64,000 nt of DNA from Oscillospiraceae bacterium (GTDB taxonomy: Bacteria; Bacillota; Clostridia; Oscillospirales; Acutalibacteraceae): NCBI GenBank assembly GCA_015066445.1, contig SVOK01000006.1, forward strand, positions 4,766-68,765. The letters are read 5' to 3'. The notes beneath the pieces are model-generated. The model searched no databases. It was given only the letters and a program-made list of their open reading frames with translations, and was not told the DNA's origin. This document shows, in pieces, positions 39,210-47,725 of this stretch; within the stretch, counting starts at the first letter, position 1; every line of letters starts with the position of its first letter. The position numbers and the translations under genes are program-made.

Positions 39210-42200
39210 TTATTCAAAAACCTGACCTTCCCATTTAAGGGCACGTGAACGAACAAGGTCTGCAAAGCTTGTGTAGAAGCTTATATCATCGATATGGAGA
39301 GACTTGCCTGTAAGCTCACCGTTTCTGTTGTAGAAGGTAACCTTAATGCTGATAATCTGATTATAATCAAGCTCAGCATTGTCAATTGTGTAACCGTCTT
39401 TTTCAACAATGAACATATTTTCCTTAGGAATTACAACCCAACCACGGAAACCGTCAGGAACAACAAGCACACCTGTCTTCTTGGAGATAACGCCGTACTT
39501 ATCTATAAGATAGTACCACTTATCGCCGTACTCCCAATACTCTGTTGCAGTGCCTGCAGAATCAAGCACAGAAAGGTCGAGCTCAGTGTCCCCAGCTCCC
39601 TTAGGAGTCTCAACCCAGAAAGCAGTACCTGCACCGATAACAAGCTCGGGATCTGCACTAGTAGCAGCAAAATTAATGAAGCTTTCGCCCTCAGGCATTG
39701 TAAGCTTTAAGTTGCGCTCGTCGAATGAATAGTCAGTACGCTCAATAACAAGGTTTTCTGAGAAGTCTGTAAGACCTGCATTCTTCTTGTAGCCAGAACA
39801 GTCATTTGCAACTATCATATTTGTGTTCTCAAATGAGCCTGCATCATAGGTTGCAAGAAGTCCTTCAAGACCGATATCCTCGAACAACTTGTCGGTATCA
39901 TAAATAAGTGAGAAATCGTCAATAACGAAAGTGTGGTCAAACTTCTCGCCTATATCTTCATTACACTTACTACGTGTGAAGTAGAAACCAAAACCTGTGA
40001 GGCTATTAGCTTTAATGAACTTAAACCAGTCGGTCTTAACAGAACCGTAGGACTGACCAACAGCATTTGTATCATTGAATATCATATAAACAGTACCTGA
40101 GAAAGCTTTGCTGAAACTAATGCCGTCTTTACTCTGAATAATAGTTTCGCCGTCATCGCTGATAGCATAAACCTTACCGTAAAGGTAGTTGGTAGCACCA
40201 TTTACACGTGAACCAAAACCAATTTTGTGAGCCTCGGTAGGCATATCAGGAACTGTTACGTGATAGCTGTAGCCCTTAACGTTGTGTATCTGCTCAACAC
40301 CTGTGATATCTACCTTGTAGGTAATTTCCTGAGCAGGAAGGTTAGCCTTCTTTATTGTAAGTGCCATACCCTTACCGTCGGGTGAATCATTATCAACAAT
40401 TTCCTTGTCGAAATTTGCGGTATTGTGCCAGCTATATGTATTTGTGCCTTCGCCTGTACCGTTGTTTACAACAACAACATTGGGGCCGTCATAAGGCTCT
40501 TCAATTGTGTATTCGTGAACAGCTATACCGCTGACAATACCCTCAGTGCTTACAGCAATAGCCTTAATTGTGGTAGCCTTTTTAAGCTCTATGTAGGAAG
40601 CATCTTCCTGACCGTTACCCATACTGTAGGTCTCGTAAAGAGTACCGTTTGTGCACTCGCCATTTTCATAAGTGGGGTCAGTGCCGTCAGTTGTGTAGTA
40701 GATTGCGCAGCCATCGCCTGCATAAAGGAATATCTGAGTATCCATTCTAACAGCATCTGCGCCGGGGTCAGCAGTAGGAGCCATCGGACGCTTAGGCTCT
40801 TTATTCATATCTTCAACAAACTTATTAAGATCTGCAATAGCTATAACGTTATCTACGACAAAGCTCTTGTTATACATAGCAGAGTGGCTCTGATAGAAGC
40901 ATATCTGCTTAAAACCGTTTGTCTGAACAAATTCACGGAAGTTATAACGGAAGGTATCTCCCCAGTCACCACGAACACATTCGCCCTCTAAGGAGAATAT
41001 AAGATAACCTTCAAAACCGCTAAGTTTGGGATATTTACCAACATCGTACTCTGTAAAGTCTTGAGTTGAGGTGTTATAAGAATAGCTCTTGCCCTTGAAA
41101 GCATACTTTTCTCCGTTGATACAGGGAGAAAATGTGAGATTCATACCCTCAGGTACGCTTACCCAAAAAGCAAATGCCTGATGAGCTGCCCAGGTTGCAT
41201 TGTCAAGATTGTTGGCAAACTTAACATTCCACATACTCTGTCCTGTACCGCCAAGACCTAAATACTTAACAGCGGTACCGTAAGGAGACATATTCTCAAC
41301 AAGAGTCTTTGTTGATGTCATACCGTCATTAGAACCGTCACTCTTAACAGTTGAGGTATCCTCACAAGGGTTAAGAACAGTAACATTAGGCTGTGTATCG
41401 GGTAAGAAATCGTATTTATAGGTTGTTACAAGTGACTGCTTACCATCCTTATAAGCAATGGCTTTCAAGGTTGCAGGAGCAGTTGTAATAACAGGCTTAT
41501 TGTTAGCATCATATTTTGCGCTGGTATTATCAGGAGCTGTGCCGTCTAAGGTGTAGAAAATCTCTGTACCCTCTTCAGCAGAAAGATCAACCTTCTGGTT
41601 TTTAGCAACCAAACCTGAAGTAATCTTAGAAGTAGGGGCTGCAACAGCGAGATTAAATCTGTCAGCAAGACCTGCCGCATCGTCAAAATAGCAGGTGATA
41701 TCGTCAACAACAATTGCCTTACCTGTTTCCTGACCGAAAACATAAGCCTTTAAACCTTTAAGACCGCCGAATTCGTCCATAAATGCGTCCCAGGTCCATC
41801 TTGTATTAATACCTGTTCCCCAAAGCTTCTTAACAGCATTTGCATCGTCTGCAGGGAGGATATAAACGAAATAACCCTTAAAGCCGCCTACAAATGAGGT
41901 CTTGTTCTTGCTAACGAATTCGCCATCCTTGCTGATAGCGTAAAAATCGCCGCCTTCCCAGCCATAAACATATTCGTTGATACGTAAATGCCATTGAACT
42001 GCTCCGCCTGAAGAAAGTTCAGGAAGTTCAACATACATTGAGATAGCTGTAATATCCTTAGGATTATCAATAGTATTAATTCTAAGGTTAGCTTCTCTTG
42101 CTGGAGTAGCAGTCTGTGTGCTGGTCATATTTATTGCTTTACTGCCTGTAACCTCATTATCCACATAGGTAGATGTATACGTATATATACTACCTATATT

Positions 42201-42350
42201 ATTACCGGTACCGTCACCGTTGTTTAAAACAACAGGATCGGGAGCTGTGTCGGCAAAGACAAACATACCGATACCGCAGGATGTTAATACTACGGCAATA
42301 ACAGTAAGTATTGCGATAAAACGCAGCTTAGAGTTTTTCATAGTTTTCAT
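39210..42350 (-). CDS. secreted 1046-aa protein: four copies of an unrecognised ~190-aa module plus two chitobiase/Fn3-associated-like linkers
   Basis: N-terminal signal/anchor KLRFIAILTVIAVVLTSCGIGMFVFA. IFYTLDGTAPD and IYYTTDGTDPT motifs. Module signatures are listed in the findings. Confidence 0.7.
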   Translation of the reverse strand: MKTMKNSKLRFIAILTVIAVVLTSCGIGMFVFADTAPDPVVLNNGDGTGNNIGSIYTYTSTYVDNEVTGSKAINMTSTQTATPAREANLRINTIDNPKDITAISMYVELPELSSGGAVQWHLRINEYVYGWEGGDFYAISKDGEFVSKNKTSFVGGFKGYFVYILPADDANAVKKLWGTGINTRWTWDAFMDEFGGLKGLKAYVFGQETGKAIVVDDITCYFDDAAGLADRFNLAVAAPTSKITSGLVAKNQKVDLSAEEGTEIFYTLDGTAPDNTSAKYDANNKPVITTAPATLKAIAYKDGKQSLVTTYKYDFLPDTQPNVTVLNPCEDTSTVKSDGSNDGMTSTKTLVENMSPYGTAVKYLGLGGTGQSMWNVKFANNLDNATWAAHQAFAFWVSVPEGMNLTFSPCINGEKYAFKGKSYSYNTSTQDFTEYDVGKYPKLSGFEGYLIFSLEGECVRGDWGDTFRYNFREFVQTNGFKQICFYQSHSAMYNKSFVVDNVIAIADLNKFVEDMNKEPKRPMAPTADPGADAVRMDTQIFLYAGDGCAIYYTTDGTDPTYENGECTNGTLYETYSMGNGQEDASYIELKKATTIKAIAVSTEGIVSGIAVHEYTIEEPYDGPNVVVVNNGTGEGTNTYSWHNTANFDKEIVDNDSPDGKGMALTIKKANLPAQEITYKVDITGVEQIHNVKGYSYHVTVPDMPTEAHKIGFGSRVNGATNYLYGKVYAISDDGETIIQSKDGISFSKAFSGTVYMIFNDTNAVGQSYGSVKTDWFKFIKANSLTGFGFYFTRSKCNEDIGEKFDHTFVIDDFSLIYDTDKLFEDIGLEGLLATYDAGSFENTNMIVANDCSGYKKNAGLTDFSENLVIERTDYSFDERNLKLTMPEGESFINFAATSADPELVIGAGTAFWVETPKGAGDTELDLSVLDSAGTATEYWEYGDKWYYLIDKYGVISKKTGVLVVPDGFRGWVVIPKENMFIVEKDGYTIDNAELDYNQIISIKVTFYNRNGELTGKSLHIDDISFYTSFADLVRSRALKWEGQVFE

Positions 42351-42433
42351 TTCTCCTTTTTAAAATTTATATGATTTTATATTTAATAAATTAAATAACG
42401 AAATTTTGGTGTACAAATTCACATTGTACTGTT

Positions 42434-42552
42434 CTGTCATTACGAGCGATAGCGTGGTAATCCGTCGCTCCTGTCATTACGAGCGAAGCGTGGTAAGCCG
42501 TTTCCCTTTTGAGATTACGGATTGCTTCGTTGCTTTGCTCCTCGCAATGACG
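42434..42552. repeat. composite palindromic element: two direct copies plus one inverted copy
   Basis: CTGTCATTACGAGCGAtAGCGTGGTAAtCCGT (42434-) and CTGTCATTACGAGCGAAGCGTGGTAAgCCGT (42471-). Inverted relative ACGGATTGCTTCGTTGCTTTGCTCCTCGCAATGACG (42517-42552). Confidence 0.7.
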
Positions 42553-42757
42553 ATATTGGGGTGATCCGTTTTTCTGTTAGTATCGTAAAACTCATACAAC
42601 CCCGAATCTGTAATTCCGCAGAGCCGAATTATAAATTCCGAACTATATAATGCAACAATTTATCAAAAAAAGGATACAAAATGACAATTGAATATTTAAA
42701 TAAAGACGGCTTCGCCGCCACTTTCTCCTCAAGGAAAAAGCTTTTTTCTTCTCCACG

Positions 42758-42781
42758 GGGATTCCGCCGAAGCGGAATCCC
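42758..42781. repeat. GC-rich hairpin element
   Basis: GGGATTCCGC cgaa GCGGAATCCC, a 10-bp perfect stem. Confidence 0.55.
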
Positions 42782-42839
42782 AATGGAAAGGTTTGTTAAT
42801 TGAAATCAAAAACAATTAACGTTAAAAGAAAGGTCAAAA

Positions 42840-45800
42840 TTATTTAACGTACTTAGCAGCCATGTCTGCGATAGCTTTAGCAGTTAATGTGTAATTATAC
42901 TCGCTCATAAGCTTATCAAGACCGAAGCTACCGAAGTTACCAGCTGATACAGGATAATCATAACCGCCGTCATAGAAGGTGCGGAATGTATAGAACAATA
43001 TACCGCCACGCTGTGACTCGGGGATTAAGTCTGTATTAGCAAAGAAATCATCGAACCAAGCAATCTCTTCTGCGATGCTTGCGTCTGTACGAGCAGGAGT
43101 ACCTTCAGCAGTCTTACCGCAGTAAGTTGTGGGTAATACCCAGTACTTAACGTCTGCTCTGTTGCCGGTATTTTCCTTCATTGCATTAAATGTGTTTGTA
43201 AATGCAGTCTTCTCATCGTCTGTATCTATACCATACTTATCGAAGCCGATATCGGTAACATAAGCATAGGTTTCAGGAGTAGCTGCAGGAATAGGGCCTG
43301 CTTCGAAGTCAGGATTACCTACAACTTCATAAACAGAAAGAACAGCGAGTACACGCTTGCCATAGGTATCACGGAGATACTTGGTCATAGTAGCGTACTG
43401 AGACTGTGACATATACTTGGATGCGGTCATAAGGACTTCTTCGGTATGGAAGCCAACAACCTGATTCCAAACGCCCTGAGCCTTATACTCATTGATAGCA
43501 TCGTCAAGAGCTGTCTTCCAAGCCTCGTTAATCTCGGTAGCAGCATTATCATAGCCGCCGTCCTTAGTACCGAATACAGGCTCGCCTGCGAATGTCTTAG
43601 AAATATACATCCAGCCTGTGCCGCCGTTTTGCTTCATCTGTGAGAGTGCGTACATATCAAGGCTTGTGTAAGCATTAAGAACATTGGATTCAGCTGCAAC
43701 ATCAGATGCATAGTAATCCCAAACACCATAATCACCGTGGTAGAAGCCTACCATAACGTCAGGATATTTTGCAAGTGAATAATCAAGCTCGGGAGCTTCA
43801 AACTTAACGCCCAAATTCTGCTTTCTACTTGCGATAAGCTCAGCGGCTGTATCAATAAAGCCATTATTGTCAATGTCAGCATTATGATAAGCTAAAAGAG
43901 TTTTAGCATCAGCATTAAACTTCTTAAGACGAACCATATCACGAACATCTACAACAGTATCGTTATTTGCGTCACCAGGTGTGGTTTCTGCACCGATTTC
44001 TGCCATAAAGACTGAAAGACTGTCAACAAACTGATGTCCACCGAAAACAAATTCTGTGGCCTTAACACTTGTACCCCACATATAGTAATACAAGCCCTTG
44101 AAGCCAACATTGTTAATATAATCTGCAAAGGACATTTCAGCGCCGTCTTTACCAACAATTGCATTCTTAAGAGGAATAATAATATAACCCTCGAAACCGT
44201 CACCTAAGGTTTTGCTGCCTGTAAGAAGCATAGATTCCTTAGTATTGATATCATAAGCTATATATGAGGTTTTAACCGGATAAGCTGAACCGAAGTTTGC
44301 TGAAAGCGGAACATTACCGCCCTCTATCTTAACATAATATACTAAAGCTTCTTTAGCGTTGATTTCATCAGCAGTTAATGTCGAAGCATTAGCAATATTA
44401 AATTCATAAGCACCATCAGTTCTGTGTTCAACACCATTATCTGTAAATTTGAATGCAGGAGCACCGTTAGATGTTGTAGTCATAGAAGCAGTATAAACAC
44501 CGCCAGTACCATATTTGCCAGCATAATCTGCAACTAATGATGAATATTGACCGAATGCCTTGCTGTTAGGAGCGGCATAATTAGCAAAATATTTATCAGT
44601 ATCTAATTGGTCATTAATAGTCTTGATAATAGGATTATCACCATAAACTACAGCAATATCATCAAAATCAAAATATGTGCCCTCATAATCTGCAACAGCA
44701 CCTGAATAGGTTACCCAGAAGTTGAAGCGATCAATAACACTTGTTTTTGAGGAATAAAGCTCCAAGAACTCAGTCCATGAATGCTCACCCGCAGTGCTGC
44801 CCCAAGTAGCATTTACAGCAAGATCTCTATCAATCATTACAACAACAGTACCTGTGAAATTCTGGTTGAAGCCAGTACTTGAGTTGTATTTGGTGATTTC
44901 ACCGCTATCCGAAACGAGATATATACCAGTTGCTCTTAATCCGTTTTGCTGTGCATTCAACTGATATGTAATATAGAAAGGCTTATTGTTAGGAGTAACA
45001 ATGTTTGCTCTGTAGGTAAATGCAACTACATTACGTAAATCCAAGCCAGCAGTATTAACAACATTGTAAACCTGTGGATTAGAGTCGGCTGTAGTTCCAT
45101 CTTCTTTTTCATAATTTGCAAGAGCAAAAGTCATTCTTGCGGCATAGCCGTCTTCAGAGTCGTTAGCTACATATTCAATGGCAGACTTATAATTAGTGCC
45201 AGTGCTGGATGTATTACCATTAGCACCGCTTAAATTGCTTATAATATGGGTACCGGTGAGCATTTCTTCTCTTTCAGCCAATGCTGCAGCCTTATCAGCC
45301 TCCGCCTTAGCAGCCGCACGCTTAGAAATGTTTATATCCGAAGAATAATCTGCTACATAAGTATCAATATCATCATAAATAAGTCTGAAAGTATCATAAG
45401 TAACTTTTACATCAGGAAGATTATTGGTATATAAAGCTCCACCTGTACTAGTGTAGAAACCACCAATATCGGACATACTCTTAATTACACCGCTATTAAC
45501 TGATGTAATGTATTCCTCAAAGCTATATACCTTATCGCCTGCGCTAGCGCCATAAGAATCAACAACCAAAGCATCGTTGTCAAATTCCATTATGATTATA
45601 CCCTCAAAGCCATTAGGAACCATTAATGAAGATTTTTGATTTTTCGATTCAAGTGTTCCGCCTGCTGTTTCAGGATCATCATCAACTCTTACAGCGGTAG
45701 TTTCATAAGTAGCAACTACTGTACCGTCATAGCTGATAGCCTTCATTGAGCCTAAGAAACCGGGTTTATTAGAACCAACCAAATGAGGAGTTATTGCCTT

Positions 45801-47429
45801 AAATGCACCATCAGGAAGTCCCTCAACCTTAATTTCAAAGCTTATACCATTAACATTTTCAGGATTTGCAACAGTGTAATTACCGTCTTTGGTAGCATTG
45901 CCTGATGTGAAATACAAATAATCGCTGTTCTGCTCAACAGCAGTTAATCCTTTTGGAGCCATTGTGAAAACAAACTTATCATTAATGCGCTCGCTTGTCA
46001 TACGGGAATACTGAGTTGCAGTTGTTGTATATCCATTTTTGGGTCTGAACCAACCTGTATAATCACGGGTACCGTCTATAAATACAGGGTTCTTTGGATT
46101 CATAATTTCATCTATAGCAGTAGTATCATAAATAAAGCTAAAGCTACCGAAGGTGATAGAATCGCCTACCGCACCGCCAGCTCCAGAATAAGTGCTTAAA
46201 TTATAATCACCTGTTTTTGAATTGATGTATTCTTCCCAGGTTACTGCATTGTCTGCAGATTTACCAACCATTACAGCTTTTTCATCAAATACCAAATAAG
46301 CTGTACCGCAGAAATTAGCAGGAACAGTAGCAGCTGTAGAAACCACACCACTGTCACTTACCAAATAATATGTACCGGCAAATGTATCTTTATTACTGTT
46401 AAATGCAAGGAAGAAGCCTACATCACCTGTCTTCTTGAGCTCAATACGTATACCTTTTGCTTTTTCAATAGCAAACGGTAAACCGCTTCCTCTTGTTTGA
46501 ACAAAATCGTTTCTAATAGCAACCTTACCATCATTTGCTGCAACTTTAGCAATGGTGAATTTTGAACCCTTGCCCTCTAAACCGTCAAAGTCAACTATTT
46601 CTGCATGACCGTTGGAAGTAGTATCAAATTTACCGTTGCCGTTCCAATAGTTCATTGCTTCGTCCAACTCATAAGAACGAACCGATGCAGTATTGAAGTT
46701 ATAAGAAATAACATCTGCGCCTGAAACATATTTAGCGAAATCTTCAACAGTTTTTGTAGAAACAGTTAAATCGCCAACATACCAAGCTTTTCCGATCATA
46801 TCCTCGGTATAATTTGCGCGAAGCATCAAGGGCTTAAAGCAGTTATCCTTGAAAGCATCTACTGACTTAACGGGATTACCCTCAGCGTCTTCCCAGTCAC
46901 CAACGCCGTAATTATCAGCATTGGAAATATCATAAATAATATAACCCTTAACGCCTGCAGGGATTCTGTAATAGCCGTTATTAGACTTAATTGGTAAAAT
47001 ATCGCCGTTATCAGCATCTAAGAAATAGATATAACCTGCACCTAAGAAAGCGTTATAGGTACCGTTGGAACCATAATACTGGAATCCGAGCTCTAAATCC
47101 GAACCGATTTCATTGGCTACATAATAAGCCACCGTATTAACAGATGCTGCCTGCTCAGCAGTAAGCTCTACCTTACTTGAAAAAGGTAACAAGCCTGCTT
47201 TTGCCTTTTGCGGAGCAATACGATATACGGTTTTACCGTCATAATTAGCAAGAGCCATATTCTCATGGTCTGCTCGCCAAGATTTCATGGCTGTATCATT
47301 AACTATACAGTAGCTAAGATCAACCTCTGCGGTTTCGGCACTAACAGCAAAGCCTGTTAAGCAAACGGAAAGAACCATTGCTAAAGACAATACTAATGCC
47401 AAAACCTTTTTGAAATTAAAATTTTTCAA
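42840..47429 (-). CDS. secreted ~1529-aa protein: five copies of the unrecognised module + dockerin + C-terminal TIM-barrel-like domain
   Basis: TTG 47429 lies 6 nt after AAGGAGAGG and gives the signal peptide MKNFNFKKVLALVLSLAMVLSVCLTGFAVSA. The track ORF extends to ATG 47504. Confidence 0.72.
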   Translation of the reverse strand: MKNFNFKKVLALVLSLAMVLSVCLTGFAVSAETAEVDLSYCIVNDTAMKSWRADHENMALANYDGKTVYRIAPQKAKAGLLPFSSKVELTAEQAASVNTVAYYVANEIGSDLELGFQYYGSNGTYNAFLGAGYIYFLDADNGDILPIKSNNGYYRIPAGVKGYIIYDISNADNYGVGDWEDAEGNPVKSVDAFKDNCFKPLMLRANYTEDMIGKAWYVGDLTVSTKTVEDFAKYVSGADVISYNFNTASVRSYELDEAMNYWNGNGKFDTTSNGHAEIVDFDGLEGKGSKFTIAKVAANDGKVAIRNDFVQTRGSGLPFAIEKAKGIRIELKKTGDVGFFLAFNSNKDTFAGTYYLVSDSGVVSTAATVPANFCGTAYLVFDEKAVMVGKSADNAVTWEEYINSKTGDYNLSTYSGAGGAVGDSITFGSFSFIYDTTAIDEIMNPKNPVFIDGTRDYTGWFRPKNGYTTTATQYSRMTSERINDKFVFTMAPKGLTAVEQNSDYLYFTSGNATKDGNYTVANPENVNGISFEIKVEGLPDGAFKAITPHLVGSNKPGFLGSMKAISYDGTVVATYETTAVRVDDDPETAGGTLESKNQKSSLMVPNGFEGIIIMEFDNDALVVDSYGASAGDKVYSFEEYITSVNSGVIKSMSDIGGFYTSTGGALYTNNLPDVKVTYDTFRLIYDDIDTYVADYSSDINISKRAAAKAEADKAAALAEREEMLTGTHIISNLSGANGNTSSTGTNYKSAIEYVANDSEDGYAARMTFALANYEKEDGTTADSNPQVYNVVNTAGLDLRNVVAFTYRANIVTPNNKPFYITYQLNAQQNGLRATGIYLVSDSGEITKYNSSTGFNQNFTGTVVVMIDRDLAVNATWGSTAGEHSWTEFLELYSSKTSVIDRFNFWVTYSGAVADYEGTYFDFDDIAVVYGDNPIIKTINDQLDTDKYFANYAAPNSKAFGQYSSLVADYAGKYGTGGVYTASMTTTSNGAPAFKFTDNGVEHRTDGAYEFNIANASTLTADEINAKEALVYYVKIEGGNVPLSANFGSAYPVKTSYIAYDINTKESMLLTGSKTLGDGFEGYIIIPLKNAIVGKDGAEMSFADYINNVGFKGLYYYMWGTSVKATEFVFGGHQFVDSLSVFMAEIGAETTPGDANNDTVVDVRDMVRLKKFNADAKTLLAYHNADIDNNGFIDTAAELIASRKQNLGVKFEAPELDYSLAKYPDVMVGFYHGDYGVWDYYASDVAAESNVLNAYTSLDMYALSQMKQNGGTGWMYISKTFAGEPVFGTKDGGYDNAATEINEAWKTALDDAINEYKAQGVWNQVVGFHTEEVLMTASKYMSQSQYATMTKYLRDTYGKRVLAVLSVYEVVGNPDFEAGPIPAATPETYAYVTDIGFDKYGIDTDDEKTAFTNTFNAMKENTGNRADVKYWVLPTTYCGKTAEGTPARTDASIAEEIAWFDDFFANTDLIPESQRGGILFYTFRTFYDGGYDYPVSAGNFGSFGLDKLMSEYNYTLTAKAIADMAAKYVK
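42843..43802 (-). other. conserved uncharacterised ~320-aa domain (copy 1), putative glycoside-hydrolase-like barrel
   Basis: Shares EYKAQGVWNQVVGFHTEEV, LSVYEVVG, YAYVTDIGFDKY and VKYWVLPTTY with the 49542-50681 protein. Confidence 0.6.
43812..43979 (-). other. dockerin module (type I-like, two EF-hand-like Ca loops)
   Basis: GDANNDTVVDVRDMVRLKKF ... NADIDNNGFIDTAAELIASRK. The first loop fits the D-x-N-x-D-x3-D-x2-D pattern exactly. Confidence 0.7.
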
Positions 47430-47600
47430 GATTTTCCTCTCCTTTATAAATTTTTTTATATTTAATGCAAATACTTCGGTTGCCCGATTACGTTCCTTTT
47501 GCATTTAATACCAGAATTTATTGGTCTTACGACCGTTTTTATCCGTCCCCCGATTTAGGAGAAGATTTGCTACGGGTGCGGATAAAATTTTGTTTTTTTC

Positions 47601-47622
47601 GGGCGGGCACTAAGACCCGCCC
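47601..47622. repeat. GC-rich hairpin element
   Basis: GGGCGGG cactaaga CCCGCCC. Confidence 0.5.
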
Positions 47623-47725
47623 TGCAATATTCAATTGTGTTTTGGTAATTGAAATTACTTTTGTTTAATCATCCAAAAAGATAACCCATACTTTCTTTAT
47701 ACGAGAGAAAGCACTTTGTTACGCA

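Noticed and set aside
42434-42506. Tandem direct repeats considered as a mini CRISPR array.
   Set aside because: There are only two copies, separated by about 5 nt with no spacer-sized intervals. A third copy is inverted. No cas genes are present in the window.
42681-42803. A 40-aa plus-strand ORF (MTIEYLNKDGFAATFSSRKKLFSSPRGFRRSGIPMERFVN) with an AAGGA RBS-like sequence and an upstream TATAAT. It lies between the two giant minus-strand genes.
   Set aside because: It spans the GGGATTCCGC/GCGGAATCCC hairpin and a near-palindrome. It has no convincing -35 element. It runs antisense to the operon direction. It is most likely a by-product of the repeat elements.
47430-47504. The N-terminal 25-codon extension (MQKERNRATEVFALNIKKFIKERKI) of the giant ORF, as given in the ORF track.
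   Set aside because: The internal TTG at 47429 lies 6 nt after a strong AAGGAGAGG RBS and yields a canonical signal peptide. The extension would bury that signal and overlap the RBS.
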